Position numbers and translations under genes: made by a program. Below are positions 31,740 through 41,595 of a DNA stretch of 64,000 bases, one piece after another. Source of the DNA: Phycisphaerae bacterium (GTDB lineage Bacteria; Planctomycetota; Phycisphaerae; UBA1845); NCBI GenBank assembly GCA_963666835.2, contig CAXXGO010000005.1, positions 244,222 to 308,221 of the forward strand, written 5' to 3'. How positions within the stretch are numbered: the stretch's first letter is position 1; each line of letters begins with the position of its first letter. The notes beneath the pieces were generated by a model, which saw only the letters and a program-made list of their open reading frames with translations, did not search any database and was not told where the DNA came from.

Positions 31740-32726
31740 ATGAGTGATCGATACCATGCCGCGGCCTGTCAGACGGATTTCCCGTGCCCGAGCAAGCGCG
31801 CGGATATCGCGGCGAACACCGCCAGAATGTGCGAGATGATCGAGCAGACGATCGTCGGCTATGAGCCGTTCTTCGACGTTCGACTCTTCGTCTTCCCGGA
31901 ATTTGCCCACGCCGCACCGGTTTACGAGACCGTCGAGGAACTACGCCGGCATCTGGCCGTGGAGATCCCGAACGAACACACCGATCGATATTCGAAGATG
32001 GCCGCCCAGTACGGTTGCTTTATTCAAACGGGGACCTTTCTCGAGGTCGACCCGAAGTATCCGGAGGTGGTCTTCAACACGACCGTTTTGATCGGACCGC
32101 AGGGCGTGCTGGCCGGCTATCGCAAGGTCAACCCGTGGATTCCGTGGGAGCTGCACGCCAGTCCGCACGATATCCCCGGCTATAACGAAGAACCGTTCCC
32201 CGTGGTCGAGACCGAGATAGGCCGGCTGGGCGTGGCCATCTGTTACGATTGGCTGATCCCGGAGACTATCCGGCAGATCGCGTTCAACGGCGCAGAGGTT
32301 ATCGCCCGAGTGTCCGCTTACATGGACCCATGGGGTGCGACTCCGCCCATGGACTGGTGGACTTTGTTCAACCGTGCCCGGGCCGTGGAGAATACGGTTT
32401 TCGTGGTGGCCGCAAACCAGGGGGCGAGCATGGAGCGGTACCCGCCGTTCAGTTGGCCGGGCGGGAGTATGGTCGTGGACTACGATGGCCGGATCCTGGC
32501 GCAGGCCGATCCGGGGCCCGGTGAGAAGATCGTCGTGGCCCCGATAGACCTCGCCGCCCTGCGAGACGCGCGACAGCGGAGGGTAGGGCACGACATGCGC
32601 TCCCACCTGCGCAGCGAGATCCACGGTTACCTGCAAACGCCCCACCTGCCCCCGGCCGCCGAAGCGGAGCATCCTCTGTCTGCGGACGGAATACGCCGGC
32701 GCATCGCGGAAGGGCGAACCCGATGA
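31740..32726 (+). CDS. Nitrilase / carbon-nitrogen hydrolase family protein
   Basis: Triad FPE, YRK, ICYD. Confidence 0.93.
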   Translation: MSDRYHAAACQTDFPCPSKRADIAANTARMCEMIEQTIVGYEPFFDVRLFVFPEFAHAAPVYETVEELRRHLAVEIPNEHTDRYSKMAAQYGCFIQTGTFLEVDPKYPEVVFNTTVLIGPQGVLAGYRKVNPWIPWELHASPHDIPGYNEEPFPVVETEIGRLGVAICYDWLIPETIRQIAFNGAEVIARVSAYMDPWGATPPMDWWTLFNRARAVENTVFVVAANQGASMERYPPFSWPGGSMVVDYDGRILAQADPGPGEKIVVAPIDLAALRDARQRRVGHDMRSHLRSEIHGYLQTPHLPPAAEAEHPLSADGIRRRIAEGRTR

Positions 32727-33073
32727 ACGCTGCGCTGGTGACCGGTCAAACAAGCGGATTCCGATCGAGGCGGCTGTGCCGCTGCTCGTGAGCCGGTGCA
32801 GATACGACGCACAGTGTGGTTTCCGAGTATGCCACTGCTCTCGAGCGGTGCAGGGACCGCACACAGTGTAGATTGGCCCCGGTCCTCTACGACCGACACA
32901 GCACCGGTGGCCCATATAATAAGGGGGGTTCCGATCGAGGCTTCGCCGACGGATCCAGCTCGTGAGCCGGTGTCGCCCACAGGCTCGTCGTGGCCGCCTG
33001 CAATCCGATCGCTTGCCTGGGACCTCGGGTTGCGTAGCGTGCCGGTTGCCGGTATAGATGTGCGAAATCGATA

Positions 33074-33147
33074 GGGCGATTAGCTCAGTTGGCTAGAGCG
33101 TTCGGATCACACCCGAGAGGTCACAGGTTCGAGTCCTGTATCGCCCA
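33074..33147 (+). tRNA. tRNA-Val (anticodon CAC), CCA not encoded
   Basis: Acceptor GGGCGAT/ATCGCCC, D arm GCTC/GAGC, anticodon loop ATCACAC, T arm ACAGG-TTCGAGT-CCTGT. Confidence 0.95.
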
Positions 33148-33402
33148 GTGACGTAAACCCCGCCGAATAAAGAACTTAGAAAAACCTTTAGGTCATCATT
33201 GACCTAAACACGCCGTTGTTGTAGCGTCCCAGGTACAGAATCTGACCCAAAATGGACGCTGCAGGATGGCTCCAATCCAAGATACCGGTCTAAGGAGCAC
33301 CGAGGTTCTGCGCTGAGAGTCAAGGTTCTGCGCCGGGCCGATAGCGCAGACAACACCCGCACACCTCCAGATAGTCCTTTTCCGGCGGTGTCCGGGTCTA
33401 CC

Positions 33403-33897
33403 TCAAACCATCTTCGAACCAGCCTCGATGCCAGCTCGGGGAGGGTTCGCAGGCCGCTCATATCGCGCCAACGGCCCCTCCGTCATCTCATGCCAGAACG
33501 CCGGGTTCGGTAGCGGGCACATCTGCCCCGCGTGCCGATTCCGGGCTCTCAAGTCCATCATCTCAAACACGCCCTGCCACCGGCGGCAGATGTGCCCGTG
33601 GCACCACAATTGCCCGTCGGACAGCTCCGCACAGAACCGGCACGCCCGGCAGGCCGCGGTCCGCGTCTCCGCGATCTCCGCCGCCACCTCCGGGCTCCGC
33701 ATCACGTCAACGGCCGTCCACTCCTCCTCCCGGATGATCTCCGCGAACGTGGCCGATATCGCGGGGCTCACGAGCCCACGACGCACGATCGACGGCACGT
33801 CGCTGCGGGGCTCCTCTGGTTGCTCGGTCACGGGCCCACGGGCCACCGGCAGACGCTTGGCCGCCTGCAGTCGCTCTCGCATGTTTAGCGTGGTCAT
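33403..33897 (-). CDS. Phage Cys-rich hypothetical protein (last late gene)
   Basis: Start MTTLN overlaps upstream stop; CRACRFC...C...C...C. Confidence 0.65.
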   Translation of the reverse strand: MTTLNMRERLQAAKRLPVARGPVTEQPEEPRSDVPSIVRRGLVSPAISATFAEIIREEEWTAVDVMRSPEVAAEIAETRTAACRACRFCAELSDGQLWCHGHICRRWQGVFEMMDLRARNRHAGQMCPLPNPAFWHEMTEGPLARYERPANPPRAGIEAGSKMV

Positions 33898-34055
33898 CCG
33901 AGCACCTTGTCCCATATCTGCCGGAGCTTGTCGTCTTGGTTCTCGCTGAGCTTCCGGTTCACATCCAGCCCGTCCAGAAAGTCCATCTCCCATCCGGTCA
34001 ACCCGGCCTCGCAATCCAACAGCTCCCCCAGCATGCTCACTTGGTCCTCAGTCAT
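33894..34055 (-). CDS. Small phage hypothetical protein (53 aa)
   Basis: Translationally coupled at both ends; LTGWEMDFL...LSENQ..KL.QIW. Confidence 0.7.
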   Translation of the reverse strand: MTEDQVSMLGELLDCEAGLTGWEMDFLDGLDVNRKLSENQDDKLRQIWDKVLG

Positions 34056-35743
34056 CAGTTCCACCCCCGGCAGCCGGCGTTCTCGATCTCGGTCAGCCCG
34101 AGCACCACCCGCCCCTCGCACCACTGCGGAAGCTCCAAGAACGACCCATCCGTTTGCAGCCCGCCGCAGTTGTCCGTCTCGCCGTGTATCACGGTCCCGT
34201 TGATCGTGTGGAGTGCTCCGCAGCACGTGGGGTTGCCTGGATAGTAGCGCGGTGAGTCATACCACCCGCTCGCGTCCGTCCCGCCCAGGTGGGCATGCCC
34301 TCGCGAGTACATCCGCGTCGTTGCCCGCCCGCACCACGTAATCTCCGCGTCGTCGTAGCCTCCGCCCGCGTGGCAGCGCTGCATCGGCACCCGCTCACCC
34401 TGCGGTCCGATCGCAATCAGCCGCTCATACGGATGTTGCTGCCCGGGGTGGTCCGGATCTTCAACCCGCAGGTCACACGGGTCATCCGTCCCGCCTGGGC
34501 GGCCCAAAAGCTGCAACGGCCAGTCCACGTCGAAGGCCGCCGCCATCAGACGCACGCGCAAGCGGACCGTGAAGAAGATGTCCGCAAACACCCGATACCG
34601 CGCCTGCCCGGTCGCCGACGTCTCCCACCACTGCTCGATGAGCATATAGAGCTGGATCGCGTGGCCGGCCAGAATCAGCTCCGCCGGCAGCTCTACCTTG
34701 CTCCGCCGCCCGCGCAGCGTGATAGGTATCACCTGTCCGGCGTAGTCATCACCGTACCGATCCGGATCGTCCGGGCCTTCCTTCGCAATCCCCATCACTG
34801 GGGGATACGCCATCGGATGATCCGGCACCGATCCGTCAAACTCCTCCGCGTGCGACCACGTGTGCTTGCCGGGGTAGTCATGCGGATAGTAGCTGGCGTA
34901 CACGTGTCCGGGGTTGTCGATCTTGTCGACCAGGTTGTACGTCTCGCACGTGTACGAACCGAGAATCGCATTAAGCAGAGTCACCTCCGCCGGGTTGCGA
35001 AACGGATAGTTCGCCGCCACTTCCGAATACGCCAGGTCCGCCGCAATCTCAATCCGGTCGACCGCCTCGACGCGGTCCGGGTAGGTCGATCCAATCACCG
35101 CCACGATCCCCGCTTCATCGGGCACCGGGTGTGAGAAGCAGAACTGGTTGACGTACTGGAAGCAGTGCGGGTCGCTCTTGGCCGCCAGATGCAGGTGCAC
35201 ATGTCGCGGCGTCCCGTCCAGGTTCAGCACGCACAGCTTGCCCCGGAGCTGGTCGCATCCTTGCCCGCCGTCCTCCGGTTGGCAGACGTACACGTGGTTG
35301 CAGTACATCCGCCATCCGTCCGGGCTCCCGGTGACAAACCACCGACACAGCCATCGCCCCGACGTCGGCCCGCACGGCTCGCACGTGCTGCATGGTATCA
35401 ATATGAGCGACACCGCTCGGGCGGGTACATACTGAAACGCCTTGGCGTTGGCCCAGACATCCCGGGCCCACCACGCCTCGGCCTGGCCCTGCATGTCGTT
35501 CGCCCCGTCCGCAAACTCCGCCCGAAAGCACGGTTGATACCGCGGGTCCCACACCACCTCCGCCGCCGCGTTGCCCCCGCACCGGCCAATGCTGTTACCG
35601 CTGCCCGGCACAATCGTGCACGGATACTCGGGATGTTGCCCGGCGGTCCCACAGTAGATGCAGTCCGGCTCCCCGCCACCGGAGAACGGGGCGTCGCAAT
35701 ACTGGCCAGGCAGGCCGATGGTTTTGCCACCGCACACCGTCAT
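34055..35743 (-). CDS. Cys-rich phage tail-region protein (562 aa)
   Basis: Start MTVCGG just after upstream stop; about 26 Cys. Confidence 0.75.
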   Translation of the reverse strand: MTVCGGKTIGLPGQYCDAPFSGGGEPDCIYCGTAGQHPEYPCTIVPGSGNSIGRCGGNAAAEVVWDPRYQPCFRAEFADGANDMQGQAEAWWARDVWANAKAFQYVPARAVSLILIPCSTCEPCGPTSGRWLCRWFVTGSPDGWRMYCNHVYVCQPEDGGQGCDQLRGKLCVLNLDGTPRHVHLHLAAKSDPHCFQYVNQFCFSHPVPDEAGIVAVIGSTYPDRVEAVDRIEIAADLAYSEVAANYPFRNPAEVTLLNAILGSYTCETYNLVDKIDNPGHVYASYYPHDYPGKHTWSHAEEFDGSVPDHPMAYPPVMGIAKEGPDDPDRYGDDYAGQVIPITLRGRRSKVELPAELILAGHAIQLYMLIEQWWETSATGQARYRVFADIFFTVRLRVRLMAAAFDVDWPLQLLGRPGGTDDPCDLRVEDPDHPGQQHPYERLIAIGPQGERVPMQRCHAGGGYDDAEITWCGRATTRMYSRGHAHLGGTDASGWYDSPRYYPGNPTCCGALHTINGTVIHGETDNCGGLQTDGSFLELPQWCEGRVVLGLTEIENAGCRGWN

Positions 35744-35747
35744 CGCG

Positions 35748-37697
35748 TCATCGCTCCGGACACGCCGTTTGCGACGTGGTTCGCAAGATCCACCCGCGCG
35801 ACTGTTGCACCGGCCGAAACTCAATCGCCCCGACCGCTCCCCGTCCCGCTCCGCCGGGTGACAGGCAGACGCCCGCCAGTGACTGCTTACCCACCTTGGG
35901 GCTCTGCAGGCATGCACCGACGGTTCCGGCCACCGGGTCAAACGCCCACGCCCCCTCCAGCGTGCGGAGCTGCGCCACGTCGTTAAGCACCGGCTCCGGG
36001 CTCTGCAGGCCGAACATCGTCGGGGCCATGCTCGGCGGCACCTCCTCAACGTACGTCAGCCACGCCCGGCAATAGGTCCAGATGTCGCCCCCGGGATACG
36101 CGGGCACCATGCTGATTGCCCGCAACTCCACCGACCCGTCTCCCGTCGCAGCCGCCGCCACGAACGCCCGCCACACGTCCCGTTCGAACACCAGATCCGT
36201 CCGCGAGACTTCGGTGGCGGGTTTGCCGGCGTCGTCGCCGAATACCACGGCCGCCCACTCGTTGTTGATAACCACCGTCACCACGGCCGCGGTCGGCGAG
36301 TAATCGCCCACCGCCTCGATGGTCAGCGTCACCTCGCCCGCCGTCACCGGGGGCGCAGCGCCTCCGGTGTCGGTTATCTGGCACTGCAGTTGCTTCACGG
36401 CCCCGGATGACGTCCGCCCGAAGGGATGTTGAATCAGCGATTCCCAGACGAAGGTCGGCGGGTCGCGGTCCGGTCGTTGTACCACCGGTACCAGCGACAC
36501 CCGCCGGATCAGTTGCAGGGCGTCGCCCGTGCGCGGCACGTCCGCGGGCATGCCCTGCGGTCCGGGCATCGACTCGACCCGCACCTCGTTGGCAATGTGG
36601 CACGCCGTGCACCACGCCCCCCGCAGGTTCAACCCATAGGGCCCCGGCCCGCCCGTGTGCCCGATCAAGAAGCTCTCGCTTTTCGCCGGGCAATGCGAAT
36701 CAGTCACGTCGGCCACGTGTCGCCACGGATAGAAGCTCAGCGCCGTCGGGTCCTCCGTCACCACGGGCGCCGATCCCGCCGCCACCTTGCCGTACTGGGC
36801 CTTGCCCGTGCGGCCGCCCACCGCGTAGGTCCACTTGCCCCCGAGTAAGGTCCCGATGTCGAACCGTCCGCCGCTGGGCCCGCGCTCCGCTCCGTCGTCC
36901 AGATAGGTATAGCCGCTGCTTCCGGACGCATAGTTGGCCGACGCCGTGCTCCGCGGCCGCGCCGCCGTGTTGCTCCACAGCCCGCCGTCGAGGCTGTCGG
37001 TTCCGTTGTCCGAACTCGTGCGATCCTGTCCCAACGCGGTGTACGGCCCCAACATTCCGAACCGCTCGCCCAGCTCGTCGGTCTCGCCGCAGTCGCCAAA
37101 CAGGGCATACTCCGGCACATACACCATCCCCGGCGACCCCGCCAGCCCCTCCTGCCCCGCGAACAGGAGCTGCACCGACGTTGTGGATCCGGTGGCCAGG
37201 AAGTCCTGGCTGCTCACGTCGAAGATTGTGCCCCCGTCGATCCGTACAATCGCCCGCCCTGTGGTGTCGTGGCGCGTGAAATACACCTCGATCGTGTGCC
37301 ACGTGTCGAGCAAAAACACGGCCGCCGAGCTGTCCGCCACCGTGCTTCCGGTCGCGTCGATCAGCCGCACTCCGCCGCCGCTCAGGATCTTGAGGGATAA
37401 GTGCGTCTTGCCCGGGTCCAACACATCGACGAGCCGGAAGAACTCCGGCCGCGGGGATGGCGACAAGTTGTTGAAGCGCACGATGCCCCACCCGATCCAG
37501 CCGCCCGTGCTGGTCGATCCCAGACTGCCCAGGTGCTTGAGGCTCGCGTGCGGGTCCGCCCCCGCATCGCTCAATCCGGCACAGAACGTATGCGTCGGTG
37601 GCGTAAGGGTGGTCACCACGTCGGCGTCGGTCAAGTTGGTGAGCTGCACCCCCTCGACCCCGCCGGACATAAACGCTTCGCAGTCAATCAGCCGCAT
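35748..37697 (-). CDS. Putative receptor-binding/minor tail protein with LamG/ConA-like N-terminal domain
   Basis: Start MRLID; beta-rich WHTIEVYF...IVRIDG pattern; position in tail module. Confidence 0.65.
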   Translation of the reverse strand: MRLIDCEAFMSGGVEGVQLTNLTDADVVTTLTPPTHTFCAGLSDAGADPHASLKHLGSLGSTSTGGWIGWGIVRFNNLSPSPRPEFFRLVDVLDPGKTHLSLKILSGGGVRLIDATGSTVADSSAAVFLLDTWHTIEVYFTRHDTTGRAIVRIDGGTIFDVSSQDFLATGSTTSVQLLFAGQEGLAGSPGMVYVPEYALFGDCGETDELGERFGMLGPYTALGQDRTSSDNGTDSLDGGLWSNTAARPRSTASANYASGSSGYTYLDDGAERGPSGGRFDIGTLLGGKWTYAVGGRTGKAQYGKVAAGSAPVVTEDPTALSFYPWRHVADVTDSHCPAKSESFLIGHTGGPGPYGLNLRGAWCTACHIANEVRVESMPGPQGMPADVPRTGDALQLIRRVSLVPVVQRPDRDPPTFVWESLIQHPFGRTSSGAVKQLQCQITDTGGAAPPVTAGEVTLTIEAVGDYSPTAAVVTVVINNEWAAVVFGDDAGKPATEVSRTDLVFERDVWRAFVAAAATGDGSVELRAISMVPAYPGGDIWTYCRAWLTYVEEVPPSMAPTMFGLQSPEPVLNDVAQLRTLEGAWAFDPVAGTVGACLQSPKVGKQSLAGVCLSPGGAGRGAVGAIEFRPVQQSRGWILRTTSQTACPER

Positions 37698-37702
37698 ATG
37701 GT

Positions 37703-38017
37703 CTAACTCGCCCCCGGGGCCGTCTCCCGGCTCGGGTCCGTGTCGGGTACCGCCGCCACCTTGAACGCCACCTCGACGGTCGGCCACGGTGCCTGGCCCG
37801 TGTCACGTAAGATGCAGGGGATAAAGTCGTTGCCCAGGTCCTCGTCCTCCAACTCGCCGATCAGCGGCACCAGCACCGCTCCGGGGTCGCCGCTGTCTTC
37901 GGTGTCGTCGAACATCTCGACCGTCCCGCCCGGCAGCGGCTGCACGGTCAGATGTCGGTCCCGTGGGCCCGCCATCGCTGCCAGGTCCTCGTCATAGCGA
38001 ATCAGTTGGGCCGTCAT
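37703..38017 (-). CDS. Phage tail-region hypothetical protein
   Basis: Start MTAQL; acidic 104 aa in operon. Confidence 0.6.
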   Translation of the reverse strand: MTAQLIRYDEDLAAMAGPRDRHLTVQPLPGGTVEMFDDTEDSGDPGAVLVPLIGELEDEDLGNDFIPCILRDTGQAPWPTVEVAFKVAAVPDTDPSRETAPGAS

Positions 38018-38952
38018 GGTCTGGCGTGGCCGGGTCCACCGCCCGGATAATGCACCAGCGCTCCCCGCCCGCCCCCGGCACTTCGGTGCGGATCTTCGCC
38101 GGCCTGCGCCGCCGGGGTCGGCTCTTTGATACGGTCCCATCGCTCGCGCTGGTTCGTCGCCATCATCCTCTCCTGATTCACCACCGGCCGCATCTGGTCG
38201 CTCGCACGAGCTGCACGCTCGGCCGCGTCCGGGGCCGTTGGCCTTGGCCAGTTACGGGCTCCGTGCGATACGTATTGAGTTCGCTCACGTCCACACGTTC
38301 CGATCGAGCCCGGACCCCGAACTCCCGCGTTGCAGTGCCTTCCGGCAACGCCGACTCCGGCGTGATGAAGGTGTAGTCGCGCTGTCCCCCCGACAAACGG
38401 TACCGGCGACCACATAGCCCGAGAAGATCATGGATCCAACGCCGACGCTCAACGACTCATCGCCCACCTGAAAGTCATACGGCCAGTCCCCCTGGCCGTA
38501 CGGGTCATAGCTCCAACTGATCCTTGAAGTAGCCCGCCTGCAATGGCTTCGGCCCGCACCTCGGCGGGGGGGTTGGGTAGCCGCGGGGTGATCAGGTGCG
38601 CCGGCCCCAGTCGAAGTCCACCCGGGTCGGCTCCGCTGGCCGCCGAGACATACCCGTTCCCGTCGGTCGTCATCACCGCATACTGCCACGCCGTGTTCGC
38701 TCCGTGGGCGTATGCCGTGCGGTTGCGGATCTCGGTTGCCCCGGCTCTTGGGCCAGCCCGCACACGTGCCACCGGCCCGGCACTGGATACAGGGCTCCGC
38801 CGCATCAGCACCGTCAAAGCCGCCGCCGTACCGGGAACCGCCGGCCCAGCGTCAGGCCGTACCCCAAGCTGCGCATGGTCGTGCCCTAAGTCCCCGATGA
38901 GGAAGGGGTCGCGGGTCTCGCGGCATTGTCTGGCCAGGGTTCCCTGTCCCAT
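38014..38952 (-). pseudogene. Tail-region gene (FN3/Ig-like) split across frames
   Basis: Protein-like segments in three frames: WQYAVMTTDGNG..LPNPPAEV, ISWSYDPYGQGDWPYDFQV, DYTFITP..FGVRARS. Confidence 0.6.
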
Positions 38953-39419
38953 TACGCCCTCGCCATCGTCTGCTCATCGCCGGTAACCCCGGCGTCGGTC
39001 AGGTCATACCACGCCGTGGTCCCGTCCGCCTTGAGCACTTGTATCTTCCCGGTGCTGATGTCGAGCACCGTCGAATTGGTCAACCGGCCCGCCGCCTCCC
39101 GCAGGTCCACGCCGATAAGCAGCGCGTTCTCACTCTTGGCTTCCCGGGTCGCGGCCGACTTGTACCGGGCGGTAATCACTCCGTCGTTGCGGTTGACCGT
39201 CGCCTGGCTCACCTCGGCGTAATACTCCCCGTAGCCGATCGCCGTCAGCGTCCCGATGCCGGTGGAGGTGTAGGCCGCCCCATCGATGGAGATCTCCGGC
39301 TGGCCGCCGGCCTCGCCGGTCTCGGGGGTGTACCCGTCGGTCACATCGACAAGGCTGAAGTACACCCGCCGCAGCAGGCCCACCGCCTCGTTCCGTCGTA
39401 CGTATGCCGCCCACGCCAT
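38952..39419 (-). CDS. Phage tail-region structural protein
   Basis: GGAG RBS, clean 155-aa ORF in operon. Confidence 0.75.
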   Translation of the reverse strand: MAWAAYVRRNEAVGLLRRVYFSLVDVTDGYTPETGEAGGQPEISIDGAAYTSTGIGTLTAIGYGEYYAEVSQATVNRNDGVITARYKSAATREAKSENALLIGVDLREAAGRLTNSTVLDISTGKIQVLKADGTTAWYDLTDAGVTGDEQTMARA

Positions 39420-39429
39420 GGTCGTCTCC

Positions 39430-41091
39430 TTACGCCGCCGTCTGCAGATTGATCAGTCCATTAATCGTAAGCACCAAGTCCTCCGCCCCGTTAGGCGCGA
39501 CGACCTGCACGGTAATCCAACTGCCCGCCGCCACCTCGTGGTCCACCGTGGTCGACGTATCGCTGTTGGTCCCGTCCGCAATCGCCACCCAGTCCGCCTG
39601 GTTCGCCCCGAAGATGCTGGCCCCGTCGTCCTTGACATCGATATACATGGCCCCGCCGCTCGGCCCGGTGTCGGCATACCCCGTCACGTTCTGGATCGTG
39701 AACGCGTACGGGCAGTACAAGTGCTGTTCGTAGACTTTGGCGGTCAGCGCTCCGGTCAATACGATGTCGCGGGTATACGGCACGCAACGATCGTCGGTAT
39801 CGCTGGTCACCAGGTCCCGGGCCGCCATCGGGCTCCGGGCGACCTCCACCCACTGCGTGCCGTTGTGCCGACACACCAGCGTGTGGCTGGTGCTGCTCAT
39901 CGCGAAGTCCAGCCCGTTAGCCAGCAGGAACTTGTTGGTGCCGGTCGCGTGCTTGACCACCACGGTCCGGGCTCCGTTGGCCGGTTTGATGATCAGCAAC
40001 GTTCCCGCCGTCGACGTCCCGGTCACGCTGTCCAGGTCATCGCTGGCCGCGCTCGCCTCCGTGTCGATCGCCATGTACGTGCTCCACGCCGCCAACACTC
40101 CGCCCGAGATCGTCGCGGGAATCGTGTACGTGAAGTTCAGGAACGCCAAGTCGTGGATCGAATTCACGTTCGCGTCCAGGGCGTCCGACAGTTGGGTGAG
40201 CACCAGATGGTTGCGGCACACCTCCTCCCAGTGAGTTGCGTCGCGTTGGTGCAGCAGGATGCAATACGGAATGTCGTTGATCCCACCCGGCGGGTCGCTC
40301 AGCCGGTAGTCCCCATCGTTCAGCACGATATTGCCGGTGCTCTTGATAGTCACATGCCCGCTGGCCGATCCGCCCACCATCTTGGGCCGCAGCAACAACC
40401 ACGGTCGGGTGTCGTCGCCGCTCACCGCGATGTCGGTCAGGTCGTCGTCCGCTCCGCCCTCACCCGCCACGTTGTGCACCCACCCCGTCGGCGTGATGGA
40501 TCCACTACTGACCGTCAAGTCGGTGGGGTCGCTGCTGGACAGATACGACACATCCAGCAGCCCGTTCTCGTTCAAGTCCACATCGCCCAACGCCGCCACA
40601 TTGAACCACTGATTGTCGGCGTCCGGGTCGAAGTTCTGGGTAAGGGCCGGCTCGATCGTCGTAATGGATCCGCTGCTCGTGGTTACCACCGCCAGCTTGA
40701 TATGGGCCGTGGCCGGCCAGCCCGTGGTCGACTCCTCGACCACCTCATCGGCGTCGACATACAGATAGCAGGTCGAGTCATCCGTGCACGCAAACTCTTC
40801 GTCCGCCATGCCGGTGTACTCGACCCCGCCCAGCGTGTACCGGGCCAGGGCCTTGACGATCACCGTCCGTCCCGCCCCGTGCGGAGTCTTACTGATCACA
40901 CTGCCGCCGTTGATCGCGGCCAGCGCCCAGTTGAGCTGGGCCGACTGTTGCGTCAGCCGGGTACTCAATGACGGGTCGTCCGCGTCGTCCGTGCCCTTGG
41001 CGATGTAATCGATTCCCGTGTTGCCGTCTAAGCCCGCAGTCCGCAGGGCGGCCGCCGTATCCGCACTTATCGAAGGAAGATCAATCGCCAT
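39430..41091 (-). CDS. Tail fibre-like protein with two tandem modules
   Basis: Internal start MAIDL with GGAG RBS; Thr/Ser/Gly-rich; duplicated I..G.I..T....DDL..I module. Confidence 0.7.
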   Translation of the reverse strand: MAIDLPSISADTAAALRTAGLDGNTGIDYIAKGTDDADDPSLSTRLTQQSAQLNWALAAINGGSVISKTPHGAGRTVIVKALARYTLGGVEYTGMADEEFACTDDSTCYLYVDADEVVEESTTGWPATAHIKLAVVTTSSGSITTIEPALTQNFDPDADNQWFNVAALGDVDLNENGLLDVSYLSSSDPTDLTVSSGSITPTGWVHNVAGEGGADDDLTDIAVSGDDTRPWLLLRPKMVGGSASGHVTIKSTGNIVLNDGDYRLSDPPGGINDIPYCILLHQRDATHWEEVCRNHLVLTQLSDALDANVNSIHDLAFLNFTYTIPATISGGVLAAWSTYMAIDTEASAASDDLDSVTGTSTAGTLLIIKPANGARTVVVKHATGTNKFLLANGLDFAMSSTSHTLVCRHNGTQWVEVARSPMAARDLVTSDTDDRCVPYTRDIVLTGALTAKVYEQHLYCPYAFTIQNVTGYADTGPSGGAMYIDVKDDGASIFGANQADWVAIADGTNSDTSTTVDHEVAAGSWITVQVVAPNGAEDLVLTINGLINLQTAA

Positions 41092-41099
41092 CACTGCCA

Positions 41100-41595
41100 C
41101 TCCGCTAAAAGCCACGCCGAAAACCACCTGGTCCGTGCCACTCTCATACTCCTGATACTCGAAGGTCTCCGCCGGCCGCGGGTCCTCGCCGCTCACCAGT
41201 TGGGTAACCTCGGCCAAAGCGGTGTACTGGCAGTTGCCCGCCCGGTCGTAGGCCTCGGCCGCAAACTTGTAGCTGCCGAACCCCTCCGCCACCGCCACGG
41301 TCACCTCGCAGAACTCCGTCCCCGCTCCGTATCCGCCCGGGTCCAACCCGTACGGCTGCTCGCCGTATCCGCCGCGTTGGCTGGTGGTCGGGCGGCACAC
41401 TCCGTACGCGGTCAACGCATACGGCTCCTCGCCGTACCCACCCGCTCCCCGATCGCTCGGCCACACCGGCGCCCGCCGCGTCAGCAGCGGGGCACTCTCG
41501 TCAACGGTGCCGCTGCCTTGGTCGGTATACAGTTGCAGGGTCGCCCCCGTCCGCCAAGACTCGGCAATCGGTACCCTCACCGCCACCCGAATCAT
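41100..41595 (-). CDS. Phage minor tail protein with GYGxxPYG motifs (read as fused to the downstream gene in this sequence)
   Basis: GYGEEPY / GYGEQPYG; one extra T in TTTT at ~41107 would create a TAG stop. Confidence 0.6.

Noticed and set aside
32757..32975. Short direct repeats TTCCGATCGAGGC and GCTCGTGAGCCGGTG about 170 bp apart upstream of the tRNA
   Set aside because: Only two degenerate copies; no function can be supported
33074..33147. tRNA 3' end as integrase att site of this prophage
   Set aside because: No integrase or duplicated tRNA end in the window, and the phage encodes a DDE transposase
39430..41595. 721-aa fusion protein as a real single gene
   Set aside because: Internal RBS plus ATG at 41091 and a one-base fix restoring a stop suggest two genes
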